A DNA stretch of 64,000 nucleotides, taken from positions 25,792,001-25,856,000 of the forward strand of contig OZ024742.1 in the NCBI GenBank assembly GCA_964016885.1, written 5' to 3'. Position 1 is the first letter of the stretch. Every line of letters begins with the position of its first letter. Below are positions 41,071 through 55,469 of this stretch, piece by piece. The DNA is from Eledone cirrhosa. Lineage: Eukaryota. The notes beneath the pieces are model-generated. The model saw only the letters and a list, made by a program, of their open reading frames with translations. It was not told the DNA's origin and made no database searches. A program made the position numbers and the translations under genes.

Positions 41071-41651
41071 ACATTAGACATGGCCCTATGATGTCTTTAG
41101 CGAAGACAATACTGTTCCAACATTTTTACCTGTTGCTGATTTACTGTTATCTTCCTCCTACAATTCTACCTGTATCAGAGACCCTGAACAGTGTCATAGC
41201 TATTCACTTCTATTTCCTGGCTAAACAGTAAAGAAAAAATAAGAATCAGCTAGATGTTTCATACGTTGTTTTTCAGATCTAACATCTACTACAAAGCCAC
41301 ATCTAGCGTAATATTCATAACAATAAAACCAAGACTAACATTTATCAATAATGTATCGTAAATATAAACTGGTGTTTATACCAATAAAATGTCTTAACCA
41401 AATAAAAACATAATTAAAAATAAAAGTTAAACAGATTGAACAGCTTTGTATATGAACGGGTGTCTTATATATCAGCACCCTAATATAATTAAATTGTATT
41501 TCAGTATTGACATAATGTTATATATTGTATACTGATGATGTAGTAGCTGTGAGCTGTTTGTGTATACAATACAATACCAGATATAGCAGAGTTGATGTGA
41601 GCGAAATTCCCTTTTCTCAAACTTTATGTGTAGTAGGTGTTAATACATATA

Positions 41652-41725
<74 letters not shown>

Positions 41726-41898
41726 GTGTTTGTGTTTGTGTGTGTCTGTGTGTATGAAAAAGAAATGAGAAAAAGAATGAATTAGTGATCCTAACTCCAA
41801 AGTATATGGTATATTATACGTACGTATGCATATATACATATGTACAAACATATATATATATACATATATATATATATACATACGCACGCACACATGCG

Positions 41899-41936
<38 letters not shown>

Positions 41937-42030
41937 CAGGGTGTCCAAAAATGTATACACACTACAACAACATTCTAATAAATATGGCTTGTACAGGTAA
42001 TCAAAATGCGTATACATTTAGTGGGGACAC

Positions 42031-42036
<6 letters not shown>
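41937..42036. mobile_element. ~100-bp Tc1/mariner-type MITE
   Basis: TA|CAGGGTGTCC-AAAAATGTATAC...GTATACATTTAGTGGGGACAC imperfect TIRs; related copy at 56953-57054. Confidence 0.65.
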
Positions 42037-42071
<35 letters not shown>

Positions 42072-42101
42072 ACACACACGCACATACAAACGTGTGTGTA
42101 C

Positions 42102-42151
<50 letters not shown>

Positions 42152-42587
42152 TGAAAGAAAGCGAGTGAAAGAGAATGTAGGAGGTTGTAGCTTTTCTTTT
42201 ATAAGATAAATAAGAAGTGAAAAAGGAAAAGAGAAAATAAATGATTCTACTGTTTGTGCACGGAATGAGAAAACTAGGCAGTCACATGATGATCCAAAAT
42301 ATAACGTGAATCAATTCTGAACAATTTTTTTTTGTTATGGGGCTCGGCCTCTGCATATGGAGGGGTAAGTATGGTGGTGGTGGTGGAGGTCGATGTGTGG
42401 CCAAGTGATATTGGAACCGAACCTGGAGCGGGGCTGTTGTATAGGGAGGGCGTGGGTGGTCGATGTGTGGCCAAGTGATATTGGAACCACGACACGTGCT
42501 GGAATCTGTGTTGGCTCCGTAATACGACTCCTGGAATTCATAGAGACACAAATCAATTTAAGAACTATAAATCAGAAAGAACTATAG

Positions 42588-43432
42588 TATTGGTGGTGGT
42601 GGTGGTTGTCGTGGTTGTCGTAGCGGCAGTGGTGGTTGTGGTACACTACCAACACCACCACTACTGTCACCATAACCCACCACTACCACCACCACCACTG
42701 CCACCACCACCACCACTGGCACCACCACCTTGTCACCAGCACCACCACCACTGTCGTGCTGGTGGTATTGGACTTGGTTGTGTTGGTGGAGGTGGGGCTG
42801 GTGGTGAAACTGGATGTATTGGGGATGGTTGTGGTGCTGGTGGTATTGCTGTTGGTGGTGGTGGTGGTATTGGGGGTGATTGTGGTGCTGGTGGTATTGG
42901 TGTTGTTGTTGGTGGTGGCGGTGATTGTCATGGTGGTATTGGATTTGGTTTTGTTGGTGGAGTTGGTGCTGGTGTGACGCTGGTAGTATTGGAGGTGGTT
43001 GTGGTGCTGGTGGTTATGGTGTTGGTGGTATTGGCGTTATTAATGGTGGTGACGGTGCTGATGGTATTGGAGTTGGTTGTGGAGGTAGTAGTCTTGATGG
43101 TGGTGGAGCTATTTGTGGTGGTGGTGGTGGTGGTAGTGGTTGCGCTGGTGGTATTAGTTGCGCGGGCGCTACTGGGGGTGGTTGTGGTGGTAGTAGTCTT
43201 GGTGGGGGTCGTGTTATTTGTTGTGTTGGTGGTACTGGTGGTGCTGGTGGTATTTTTTTTTGGGGGGGGGGGTATTGGCAATGGTTGTTGTGGTCGTTTT
43301 GGAGGATGGAGGTGGTGGCGCTGGTGGTATTTGGGGTGGTTGTGGTATTGGCGATAGTGTGGTGGTGGTATTGGGGGTGGAGGTGGTGGCGATGGTGGTA
43401 TTGGAGGGTGGAGGGGGTTGTGGTGGCGGTCG
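42588..43432. repeat. (GGT)n-rich low-complexity tract
   Basis: Direct inspection. Confidence 0.9.
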
Positions 43433-43661
43433 GGCATGTGATGCGTTTTGATTGGTTAAAACGAAAACAAGACCCCCAACCAAATCAACTAAACAAAGAA
43501 GTAAAGAACGAAACATTAAATGTGGAAATATAAAGAAAACAACAATAACAATACAAATACAATCAAGAATTAGACTGGAAGAAGGAGACATTATTTATGA
43601 AGAAACAAAATTGAAAATATATATGCCACACCATGTATGTAGAGTGTCTGTATGTAGAGCG

Positions 43662-43725
<64 letters not shown>

Positions 43726-43741
43726 ACGAAATTTTGCTCTA

Positions 43742-43973
43742 CATGTCAGTAGAATGAACACTTCATTCTTGCTCTTGTGTTGGCATGCGAACAGAACTGC
43801 AGACACTAATGTTTCTGGGTATCACCCTTCATCAGTGTTCAGTGTTCAGGTGAACAGTGAGCTGTTCTGATGTAGGGTATCAGACTTCATCAGTACAGCT
43901 AGACATTAGTGTCTGCAGTTCTGTTCGCATGCCAACACAAGAGCAAGAATGAAGTGTTCATTCTACTGACATG
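43742..43973. repeat. Inverted repeat (71-bp perfect arms 43742-43812 and 43903-43973) around a hammerhead core
   Basis: The arms are exact reverse complements; the downstream part (44005-44035) resembles 51248-51280. Confidence 0.9.
43793..43840 (-). ncRNA. Minimal type I hammerhead ribozyme
   Basis: GAACA-CTGATGA-aGGGT gat ACCCa-GAA-ACA ttag TGT-C-TGCAGTTC; GUC triplet; stem I imperfect. Confidence 0.7.
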
Positions 43974-44098
43974 GCTATAAAATTGAGGCTTGTTTGCATA
44001 ATTGCAAACGAATCGAATGTTATTAATATTCGAAAAACTCAGATTACATTTATTATATATATATATATATATATACATATACATACACAGACACCATC

Positions 44099-44164
<66 letters not shown>

Positions 44165-44285
44165 AAAAACATGAGAAGAAAGAAGAATACTGTGTGGTTG
44201 CACATAGGTTACATATGATAAAAATAGTCCTTCGTCAGTGATTTTCCAACCATCATTGGTATTTCATCGCATTATATATATATAT

Positions 44286-44461
44286 AACGAAGGAGTTGTG
44301 GTAAGGAACAAGATGGACGATAACGCACCAGAGTACTCAATACTTAGAGTAGAAGAGTGGGTAATAGGCAAAAGTATGATCACGACGGCAGAGATTTCAT
44401 GAGTGCAGAAATAGCCGTCGAAACGGTTTGAGCTCTGCCGTCGGGGTCATACTTTTTCCTA
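44286..44461. mobile_element. Family-B PLE-end fold-back insertion in (TA)n, diverged
   Basis: Minus-sense long arm, then plus-sense AGCCGTC-GAAACGGtttgagctctgCCGTC-GGGGTC. Confidence 0.75.
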
Positions 44462-44490
44462 TATATATATATATATATATATATGTAATA

Positions 44491-44578
<88 letters not shown>

Positions 44579-44603
44579 ATATATTTATTTATATGTGTGT
44601 ATG

Positions 44604-44639
<36 letters not shown>

Positions 44640-44977
44640 CACACATATAAATATATCATAGAAATACACACACACACACATACATATACATATATATTCA
44701 TATTTACGGAGAGTTTTATGGTTCAAATAATATATATATAGAGAGAAACAGATACTTATATTAAAATTTAACATGTTTGTTTTTCTCTCCCTAATAAAAC
44801 CAATATTTAAAGTATTTAAAGATGGACCATTGGTTGAAAATGGCTGACTATACTGAATCTATAATCATCAGCAAACGAACAATAAAACAATGATCAGTGC
44901 TTCTCTCAAGCTTCCTTTTTCTCTGCCTGTTTATCTGACTCTCTTCACCTCACTATCTACATTTACACCTTTACCAA

Positions 44978-45065
<88 letters not shown>

Positions 45066-45199
45066 CACTCTCTCTCTCCCCCCCTCTCTCTCTCTCTCAC
45101 ATCTAATTTGAGATTTATAACGATATTAATCTAGACTGATTGTACTGAGCGAAATTGAGATAGAGCTATATATATATGTATATACATATATATATATAA

Positions 45200-45301
<102 letters not shown>

Positions 45302-45323
45302 GTGTGTGTGTGTGTATGTATGT

Positions 45324-45357
<34 letters not shown>

Positions 45358-45406
45358 GTATGTATATATTGATATATATATATGTATATATATATATGTA
45401 TGTATG

Positions 45407-45445
<39 letters not shown>

Positions 45446-45571
45446 CGGTATGTGTGTGTATTTATGTATGTATATATGTGTATGTATGTATATATATATA
45501 TATGTATATATATATATGTATGTATGTATATATATATATGTGTATCTATATATATATATATATGTATGTAT

Positions 45572-45603
<32 letters not shown>

Positions 45604-45606
45604 CTG

Positions 45607-45645
<39 letters not shown>

Positions 45646-45658
45646 TTCTCTCTCTCTC

Positions 45659-45730
<72 letters not shown>

Positions 45731-46312
45731 TATATATATATGTATATATATTTATATCATAAGCCAGTGGCGTTCATCAAAATAAATAAACCAGGTGTTA
45801 ATGTACGGAATGACTTATTAATAAAAAATAAAAGGTAATGAACCGAAATTTCGCTCTTAGAGAAAAAACAACCAAAGGAACAAACAAAAATCTATTGCCG
45901 CTAGGTTGTTGTCTTTTCGCTCACAACGAGGAACATTTTAATTCTTTAAATATATTTTGCTTACACTATTCAGAACTATGCAGTACATCTCCATCAAAGT
46001 TATGTACAGAAATATTTGACATTGGTTAACTTCTGTTTTTTCGGCGATCTATTATTTGTTTTCAATGCCTTTATGGTAAATAAAGAAATCGATCTATTAT
46101 TTATTTTCAAGGTTTTTGATATGGAATCGTTTGTTGAAAAAAATATTGTCTTAATATTGCTAAAAAATAGTAAAACACACTCCCTGTTTAGTTTGTTTTC
46201 GCTTCAGTTTCACTATATATATATATTCTAATATTTACATAAATAGTTTAACTGATATTCAATGTTTATCATGTTTATCAACAGTTACAAATATAAATAT
46301 AAATATATTTTC

Positions 46313-46356
46313 TGAAAGTTCTGTCGTCACACATTTCTGCGACATCTTCAGTGGTT
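46313..46356 (-). ncRNA. Decayed hammerhead-like motif related to 3350-3396
   Basis: CCA-CTGAAGA-tGTCGCA gaaatg TGTGAC-GACA-GAACTTT (GAAA changed to GACA). Confidence 0.45.
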
Positions 46357-47439
46357 ATCCCTGAGTTCCTTCCTATTGTGTTTCTATAACGTTTCCTTTT
46401 TTTTTTCTTCGGTTGTCTCTGTTTGCGCATGCTTGTGTGCGTGTATTCTGCTCGGCGTGTGCTCTGAAATTGAAGCAAAACCAAACCAGTGTGTTTTACT
46501 ATTTTTTGACAATATTGTTTCTACTTTTGGCACAAGGCCAGCAAATTACCCCAGTACATTACTGCTACTTTTTTGACAATATTAAGACAATAAATATAAC
46601 AATATCTTTTAGTTTCGTTTAATATCAATTTTATATGATATTCCTGTGGAATCAGTAGGGAAAATATTTAAGGAGTTCATTTTGTAATCATCGTCTTAGC
46701 TTCGATCCCTCTACATATCGTCATGAGCAAGTATCAATTAAAATAGCCTCGGATTGATACATGCATTGTGAATGAAATTCGGTGGACATAAACTGCCTAA
46801 AGCCCAATCGAATGGACTGTACCTATATTTCAAAGGATCAGTTTGTTACGCTAAATCTCCCTGAGAATTAAGTTAAATGTCCACGTACGTGTGGGATTCT
46901 CAGCCACTTATATGTCAACTTAATGGGCTGACTGTTCTGTTGTTCACGCCACTACAGTGTTCATGCCAAGTCCACTTTACATATCCAGAATTTTCAATAA
47001 AACCGAGATTTATATCTCTCTAACCTATCGCTATTCTCTAGGCTACAGGCACATATAGAGAATAAACTGTTTATCACATGTCATTCTCACCACTATTATC
47101 CACCCATCAGACATCATCAAGAAGGCAGCTCTTACCCCTCCAATCTTCCCTTCAGCCATATTTAAAACTTATTACATATGATGAAGATATAACTGTCTAA
47201 TCGAACAGGCCAAAGTATATCCCCTTTCCATCCTTCGAGTTTGTTCTCAATATCATCCTTTTCTCCATGGTTATCTACTTTTCCCAGCCTTAGTAAGGCG
47301 GTGTGGTGGGGTTCCTCAACGACACACATGTCAGTCGTATCATTCTCACGTGTGACAAAAACTGTTTAAATAAGTTCAGAAATCAGTAATGTTCTGACAA
47401 TGAACGTGTTCATTTAGTGATGGAGATCAAGATGTTTTC

Positions 47440-48564
47440 ATTAATGATAATTATGTTGATTGTGAGCATCATCATCATCATCTTCATCATCACCATAAAC
47501 ATCTTGATGCTGGTTGTGATGATGACGATGATGATGGCGATGGCGATGACGATGACGTTGACGATGATTGATGATGATGTTGATGATGATGATGATGATA
47601 TTAAGAGAAAAAAGCTGATGGTGATGATAATATTGATGTTGTTGATGATGATGATAATGGTGAAAATGTTGTTGATAATGACACAGACTTAATGAATGAT
47701 GTTGCTGATGCTGATGATGATGCTGATGATGGTAATGGCGACTATAATAGCAACACTGCAATTCCTTTAACAGACGCAGAAACTAAAAATAAATGGCGTA
47801 TTTCTCCTCTCCTGTCTGTCTCTTATATGTTATGTTCTCGTTGGCTGTTAACATATCATCATTATCATCATTATCATCATCATTATTATCATCATCACCA
47901 TCATCATAATCGCCATTATCGTAATCATCGTTATCATCACTATCATCGCCATCATCATCATCACCGTCACCATCATCACTATCATCATTATCATCATTAT
48001 CATCATCACCACCAACATCATCATTATAATCATCATTATAATCCCCTTCATCATCAGCATCATCGTCATCATCACCACCACAATCATCGTTATCATCATC
48101 ACCATCATCTTCATCATTATTATCATCATCACCATCATTATCACCATCATCACCATCACCATTATCACCATTATCACCACAATCATCATCACCATCACCA
48201 TTATCACCATTATCACCATTATCACCGTCCACACCATCATCACCACCATCATCATCATCACCATTAGTTTTATCATCATCATCATCATCATCATCATATT
48301 CATCATGATTAACTCGATCAACATAATCTTCTACATCATGAACCCTACTGCCCCCCCCCCCCTTCCGACACTGCACCACCATAATTATCAATGATCAAGA
48401 CTGAAAATACCATCACCATCACCCTCATCATCGTCATCATCATCATCATCATCATCATCATCCCAAACACCACCACTACCACCGATACTATTACCACCAC
48501 CACCACCACCACCACCACGATCTCCACTACAATAACTATCATCACCATCAGCATGGATATCATT

Positions 48565-48602
<38 letters not shown>

Positions 48603-48640
48603 TACAATCCTCTTCAGTATTGTTGTTGTTGTTGTTGTTA
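47440..48640. repeat. (CAT)n/(GAT)n trinucleotide low-complexity tract
   Basis: Direct inspection; source of poly-H, poly-D and poly-M ORFs. Confidence 0.9.
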
Positions 48641-48980
48641 CTCATCAGTTGTTCTTTTATATTTCAACATTTCCTAGTTTTTTATTATTATGTTTTAGTC
48701 ATTATCTGCCATGTTGTTTCTGTTTGGTTTGGACTCGAGTTTGTGTCACTAATCAGATACAGAGGGAGGGAGAAAGAGAAGGTGGATGAAAGACAGAGAG
48801 AGTGAGAGAGAAAGAGAGGGAGATGAACGATAGAGAGGGTGAGAGAGAAAGAGAGGGAGGTGAAAGATAGAGAGAGTGAGACAGAAAGTGATACTCAAAC
48901 AAACACGCACAAATGCACAAACATAACCATATATATATACTTGTATATAAATAATATATATATATATATATATATATATG

Positions 48981-50694
48981 TACTATATAATATTTTGAGA
49001 ATAAGCTCTCAGTCCTTTACAATAATTAAGCTCCAGGAAAGGGTCATTTCCGAGCAGTTAAATACATTAAAATACATTAAAATATATGATAAACACAAAA
49101 CGTGTTTGCATTGCAACAGACAGTCAGCTATTAATGAAATAAACTAATTAAAGTGAATACAATTTGTCTGTCTCGATATAAGTCAATAAAGACAATCTTA
49201 TATTGGCAACTGCCATGATTCCTGGACAGATTTAAATTTCAAAATCCAAACCTGTTCTGTAGACGAATTTGAACCTCGAAACCTAAATCCGTTTCGCAAT
49301 GGTGGTATGTGAATTTAAAAAATAAAGAGAATCGAAATGGAATTGAAATAAAAAGTGAAATATCCAAATCTTCTGTGCATATCAACAGGAATCCAGTAGA
49401 AGTTAGTACATTTCACATCAAAAATGTTTGCAAGTCTGACTACACGTGTATAGCCAGACCAAACTAGCCGTCCCGCATTAACGGTGCTAAAAATAACAGC
49501 CATATATGCGGGATTAAAAATCAGCTCTAACATTTAAGGAGCAATATACTATATAATATTTTGAGAATAAGCTCTCAGTCCTTTACAATAATTAAGCTCC
49601 AGGAAAGGGTCATTTCCGAGCAGTTAAATACATTAAAATACATTAAAATATATGATAAACACAAAACGTGTTTGCATTGCAACAGACAGTCAGCTATTAA
49701 TGAAATAAACTAATTAAAGTGAATACAATTTGTCTGTCTCGATATAAGTCAATAAAGACAATCTTATATTGGCAACTGCCATGATTCCTGGACAGATTTA
49801 AATTTCAAAATCCAAACCTGTTCTGTAGACGAATTTGAACCTCGAAACCTAAATCCGTTTCGCAATGGTGGTATGTGAATTTAAAAAAATAAAGAGAATC
49901 GAAATGGAATTGAAATAAAAAGTGAAATATCCAAATCTTCTGTGCATATCAACAGGAATCCAGTAGAAGTTAGTACATTTCACATCAAAAATGTTTGCAA
50001 GTCTGACTACACGTGTATAGCCAGACCAAACTAGCCGTCCCGCATTAACGGTGCTAAAAATAACAGCCATATATGCGGGATTAAAAACCAGCTCTAACAT
50101 TTAAGGAGCAATATACTATATAATATTTTGAGAATAAGCTCTCAGTCCTTTACAATAATTAAGCTCCAGGAAAGGGTCATTTCCGAGCAGTTAAATACAT
50201 TAAAATACATTAAAATATATGATAAACACAAAACGTGTTTGCATTGCAACAGACAGTCAGCTATTAATGAAATAAACTAATTAAAGTGAATACAATTTGT
50301 CTGTCTCGATATAAGTCAATAAAGACAATCTTATATTGGCAACTGCCATGATTCCTGGACAGATTTAAATGTCAAAATCCAAACCTGTTCTGTAGACGAA
50401 TTTGAACCTCGAAACCTAAATCCGTTTCGCAATGGTGGTATGTGAATTTAAAAAATAAAGAGAATCGAAATGGAATTGAAATAAAAAGTGAAATATCCAA
50501 ATCTTCTGTGCATATCAACAGGAATCCAGTAGAAGTTAGTACATTTCACATCAAAAATGTTTGCAAGTCTGACTACACGTGTATAGCCAGACCAAACTAG
50601 CCGTCCCGCATTAACGGTGGTAGAAATAACAGCCATATATGCGGGATTAAAAATCAGCTCTAACATTTAAGGAGCAATATACTATATAATATTT
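48981..50694. repeat. Near-perfect tandem triplication of a 566/567-bp unit
   Basis: Units start at 48981, 49547 and 50114, with a 15-bp restart at 50680; flanked by (TA)n. Confidence 0.97.
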
Positions 50695-50718
50695 ATATAT
50701 GTATATATACACACACAG

Positions 50719-50780
<62 letters not shown>

Positions 50781-50876
50781 GTGCGTGTGTGTGTTTGTTT
50801 GTAGGTATCCACACATACACACACACACATACACACATATATATACATATGAACATATGCGTTATATCTAATAGTT

Positions 50877-50970
50877 ATAATTGTTTCTACTTTTGGCACA
50901 AGCCAGCAATAAACCAGTACATTACTGGTACTTTATTTTATCGACCCCGTAAGGATGAAAGGCAAAGTTA
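50877..50970 (-). mobile_element. OK-like SINE, 3' part
   Basis: Consensus match through GGATGAAAGGCAAAGTTA. Confidence 0.8.
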
Positions 50971-51127
50971 AGGTTCGATTCGTTTGTAAACAATCGGCCC
51001 GGTATATTTTAAAAATGCTGCAAGGCCAGCCGCAACTCGCTCGATATGCAAGTGATACGACTCAGCCGATATGTACTAAACAATATACTATATATTTTGA
51101 ACCGTTCAACATACTGGCAGATGTATA

Positions 51128-51168
51128 GAGTCCTGATGAAGGGTAATGACCCAGAAATATGTTGATTG
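51128..51168 (+). ncRNA. Minimal hammerhead-like motif, same family as 43793-43840
   Basis: GAGTC-CTGATGA-aGGGT aatg ACCCa-GAAA-TATGTT-GATT; stem III decayed. Confidence 0.55.
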
Positions 51169-51292
51169 TTCCTTAAAGCCAGTGTTGAACAAATAGGTGA
51201 CGATCGGTCACCAGCATGGCACAGCTTCAAATCGGCCCAGTTTGTTTACAAACGAATCGAACATTATTATTAATGTTCGATATAAGCCATAC

Positions 51293-51323
<31 letters not shown>

Positions 51324-51327
<4 letters not shown>

Positions 51328-51502
51328 AACAAGTAAGACCCCGACGGCTGAGCTCAAGCCGTTTCGACAGTATTAGCCGTCCAAACGGCTTGAGCTCAGC
51401 CGTCGGGGTCTTACTTGTTCCTATTACCCACTCTACTACCCTAAGTATTGAGTACTTTGGTGCGTTATGGTCCACCTGGTTCCTTACCACTTTTCCTTCG
51501 TT
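51324..51502. mobile_element. Family-B PLE-end fold-back insertion in (TA)n
   Basis: Short inverted arm 51324-51368, short spacer, long arm to 51502; both arms contain AAACGGCTTGAGCTCAGCCGTCGGGGTC. Confidence 0.8.
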
Positions 51503-51553
51503 ATATATATATATATATATATATAAAAATACATGTGTGTGTGTGTGTGTTTA

Positions 51554-51601
<48 letters not shown>

Positions 51602-51623
51602 TACATGTATGTGGGTGTGTGAG

Positions 51624-51666
<43 letters not shown>

Positions 51667-52612
51667 GACGAACATACACTCATACACTCATACACACACA
51701 TATATATCTGTTAAATATTTATCTGCTTGTACGATTATAATAGCCAGTTTCTAGGTTCAATGGGTATGAGTCGAAGATGGCACCGACAATTAAATGTTTC
51801 AATACTAATATATCTCCATTGAAAGAATCAGATACAATACACACATGACTAAACTTAGTTTGCTTTTTCAACAAATTCTTTGTTTATTTAAACCAGACGG
51901 GCGAGATGTTTATTTCTGATGAGTGAATTTCAATATATTTTACTATTTTATTTAAGTTTCGTTTAATTTACAAAGAAAACATATAAAAGTACTTTATAAT
52001 AGGGTGTTCTTTAGCCGTGATTTTTTTATTCTTTAAATATTTTATTTAGATAACGGCTTGAATGTTATTAAGAATGAACTGCAAATCAGTCACAAATTTA
52101 AGCATTTTTTTTCTTGTTCGTGTTTAAACCCCAGTCTGCCCTAGTTTGTGTAGCTTTATTAGATGTATGATCTTAAAGGTGTTATTTTAGTCAACAAGTC
52201 GCTAAAAGATATTCAGGGCATTGACAAGGGTGTGGCTTATACAGTAGTTACAGTACACACACGCACCTGTCCCTGGGCTTTCTATTTATAATTCTTTTAA
52301 CGAAATGATAAGCGCACAAAGTTGAGGGGATAAAATAATTAAAATTTTGCTGTCTTTGTCTAAACATATTTATAAACTATTGATTGGCAATCGATTATGC
52401 TTGAGTAGGGCCATGCTTTATCAAAAGCCTTTAAGTGTTAGATGCCTGTTCAAGCGGAAAATCAGGAGAGATCTCGGTACTAGCACTGGGTTGGTACTTT
52501 CTTTAACGAACCAAAAGAGATGGAAGGTGCAATTGACCTCGTCAAGATTAAAACTCAGAACACGGAGACCCAGAACAATTATCTAACTCTCTCACGATAG
52601 CTTCCCCAGGAA

Positions 52613-52806
52613 GAGCGGTGGATTGCCAGTATCGGTAGAAGGTCGGGCGCCATGCTTTGCAGCAAAGAGTTTCGGCCCTTTATGGTCTGAGTTCAAATCC
52701 CACCGAGGTTAACTTTGCCTTTCATCCTTACGGTGTCGATAAAATAAAGTACCAGTAATACACTGGTATAATTGCTGGCCTTGTGCCAAAAGTAGAAACA
52801 ATTATT
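52613..52806 (+). mobile_element. OK-like SINE, full length, with partial copies at about 52860-52990 and 53050-53205
   Basis: Consensus match, B box GTTCAAATCC, ATT tail. Confidence 0.88.
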
Positions 52807-53916
52807 GTGAAAATGTATTGCCATTACAACGTTTTCTTCAACCTATCAACCTATTACGTTCTGACCTAGATTTGCCTTTCATCCTCACGGAGTCGGTAAA
52901 ATAGTGCACCAGCTATGCACTGGGGTAGATTAATCGACTTTCCCCTACCGAAAATTGCTGGCCTTGTGCCCAAATTAGAAACCATTATTCTGCTTAGAAA
53001 GTAAGTATTATCGTTAGAACGTTTGACAAATGAAATGGAGTGTTCTCTTCGGCCTTTTAGACCCTGAGTTCAAATCCCACAGGGGTCAACTTTGCCTTTT
53101 AATCCTTTCAGGTTCGATAAATATAGTACTCAATTACTGGACGATGTAATTGACTCCCTCCTCGATAAAAATAGCTGGACCTTGTGCCCAAACTAGAAAC
53201 TATTTTTACAATACTTTTTCTATTTCTAGTTTAATTCCCCTTATTTCCCAATCCCAAAACATCACAATATAACCAGTATTGTTATAAAATACATATGAAA
53301 AGCTAAATATATAATTCATATATATTAAATTTATATTTGATATGTATACATTATATTTAAGCCTAGTGGGCAATTTTCCCATAAATATGAAGTGACATGC
53401 TGATAAAGACGAATCATACTGTGATGATATCAGTAGAAATTAAATGAAAGGGTTACCTGCAGAAAGAATTCCTACAAGCTTCACTCGGAAATGTCACATC
53501 TCAGATTTCAATTTCGAATATTGCCCCATGAGGGGGTTTAGTACCATAACAGCAGAGTGTTATTTGTAGAAATATTTTATTAGTGCCTCAAGCATAATTT
53601 AACTACAAAACACAAAGAGATGAGTTTAAAATCAAAAATTTTTTGTGAAAGAAGAAAAAAAAAATCCTCGATTTAAAAGGCCTCTAGAGATATCTCTTGC
53701 ACGTGACAACACGGATATTGGAACTTTACTGTCTTCTAAAGTAGAAATTCCTGGGTCAAAAGGCCATACATGGACTGGGAGATATTAGTGAAAAATATCT
53801 GAACGAAAATATTTTAGGTGATGTTAGATCAAATATTTGGACAAATTAAATTAGCACTTTTTGTTTTTGCTTGCTTTAGTAATATAGTTCATCTGAAGGC
53901 GGGTGTCTTTCTTTCA

Positions 53917-54390
53917 ATAATAGTTTCTTATATAGGCACAAGGCCAGCAATTTTGGGGAGGGGGAAATCGATTAAATCGACCCCAGTACGTTACTGGTGC
54001 TTTATTTTATCGACCTCGTAAGGATGAAAGGCAAAGTTAACCTCGGCGGGATTTGAACTCAGAATGGCAAGGGCCGTAACTCTATGCGTCAAAGCATGGC
54101 GTCCGACCCTCTACCGATACTGCCAATCCACAATAATAATTGTTTCTACTTTAGGCACAAGGCCAGCAATTACCAGTGCATTACTGGTACTTTATTTTAT
54201 CGACCCCGTAAGGATGAAAGGCAAAGTCAACCTTTGCCTGTCATCCTTAGGGGTCGATAATGGTTTCTGATTTAGGCAGATGACCAGCAGTTTATATGGG
54301 AGGGGAAAGTGGAATTAATCAACTCCACTGTCTTAATGGTGCTTTACTTTATCGAACCCGTAAAGATGAAAGGCACTGCTAACCTTGGTG
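53917..54390 (-). mobile_element. Cluster of OK-like SINEs (one full long variant 53917-54131 plus partial copies)
   Basis: Consensus matches; the first copy includes the TTTTGGGGAGGGGGAAATCGATTAAATCGACCCCAG segment. Confidence 0.85.
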
Positions 54391-55342
54391 TCTGTAAGTC
54401 TAAATACACACCTAGTTATTGTGTGTGTGTATGTGTGTGCGTGTGTGTATACACATATTGCGCTGTGGAAACACTAGATGTTATCTTAGCATTAAGAAAT
54501 AACAAACCGCACATACCCACACTCAACACGTACATGTACATATACGGTGCTTTACAAACGGAATCCCTTGCGATGTTTGTTCTGTATTAAGATGAGCATC
54601 AGTGTCGTCGTCAGAAATGTAGTGAACCAGGGAATAATTTGTCGAAATTTGTAATAGACGACGCTATTGTTAAAAAATGTTGCGATATAAAATATATAAA
54701 ATTAGAGAGAAAACGTCTGTTTGTCTCGATTCAACAAATCCAAACCCAATAAAATAACGCCTGAGGTAACAACAGAAAACTGTAGTGGTGTGGTCGGAGA
54801 AATAACAATACATTTAATGACAGAAATAGATGGAGTTGATAACACAACAGTTTTATATAGAATAAAGAAAAAAGACAAATGAAAACCTCGAGATTAGTCA
54901 TTGAAGATATATTAACAGCGAAATATAACGGGAATCTGAAGAGACAGCGTAATGAAGAATTTAAAATAAAAACCTGACGCCAACGGTCAGAAGTAATTTA
55001 AAGGCCAGCGATAATATACTATATTATTATATAGCATCGGTTAGACTCCAAGCAATTTATGAATGGAATGTGGTAAGCTGTGACTATACTGAAGTCCACG
55101 ACACAAACACATACACACAAACACACACACACATATATATATTTATATATATATTTAAGGATCGATCGACTTTCGTCAAATCGGACCGAGGAAACAAAGT
55201 TTTAGTCAGTCTTTCCAGTTGCTAATACTATCTATCGGTCGCAACTCAGCCATGCGCCTTCACTATATATATATAGTGGTAGAACACTGGAAGGTAATAT
55301 CCGTAGTGGTAGAGCACTCAGTCCATGGGACGAGGTAGGTAG

Positions 55343-55469
55343 AAGTGGTTACATTACAGTTAGTTCACCATACCGAGAACAATTGTTTCACCTTAGCAGA
55401 TCCTCAGCTGAGGATCCGCTAAGGTTAAACAATTGTACTCGGTATGGTGAACTAACTGCTATGTAACCA

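Noticed and set aside
42590-43533. Gly-, Val- and Thr-rich ORFs
   Set aside because: Open frames arise from (GGT)n low complexity; no splice or domain evidence.
47692-48391. His-rich and Asp-rich ORFs
   Set aside because: (CAT)n-derived low complexity open in several frames.
49315-50666. Three repeated 72-83-aa ORFs
   Set aside because: By-product of the tandem triplication; non-ATG start and no recognisable motif.
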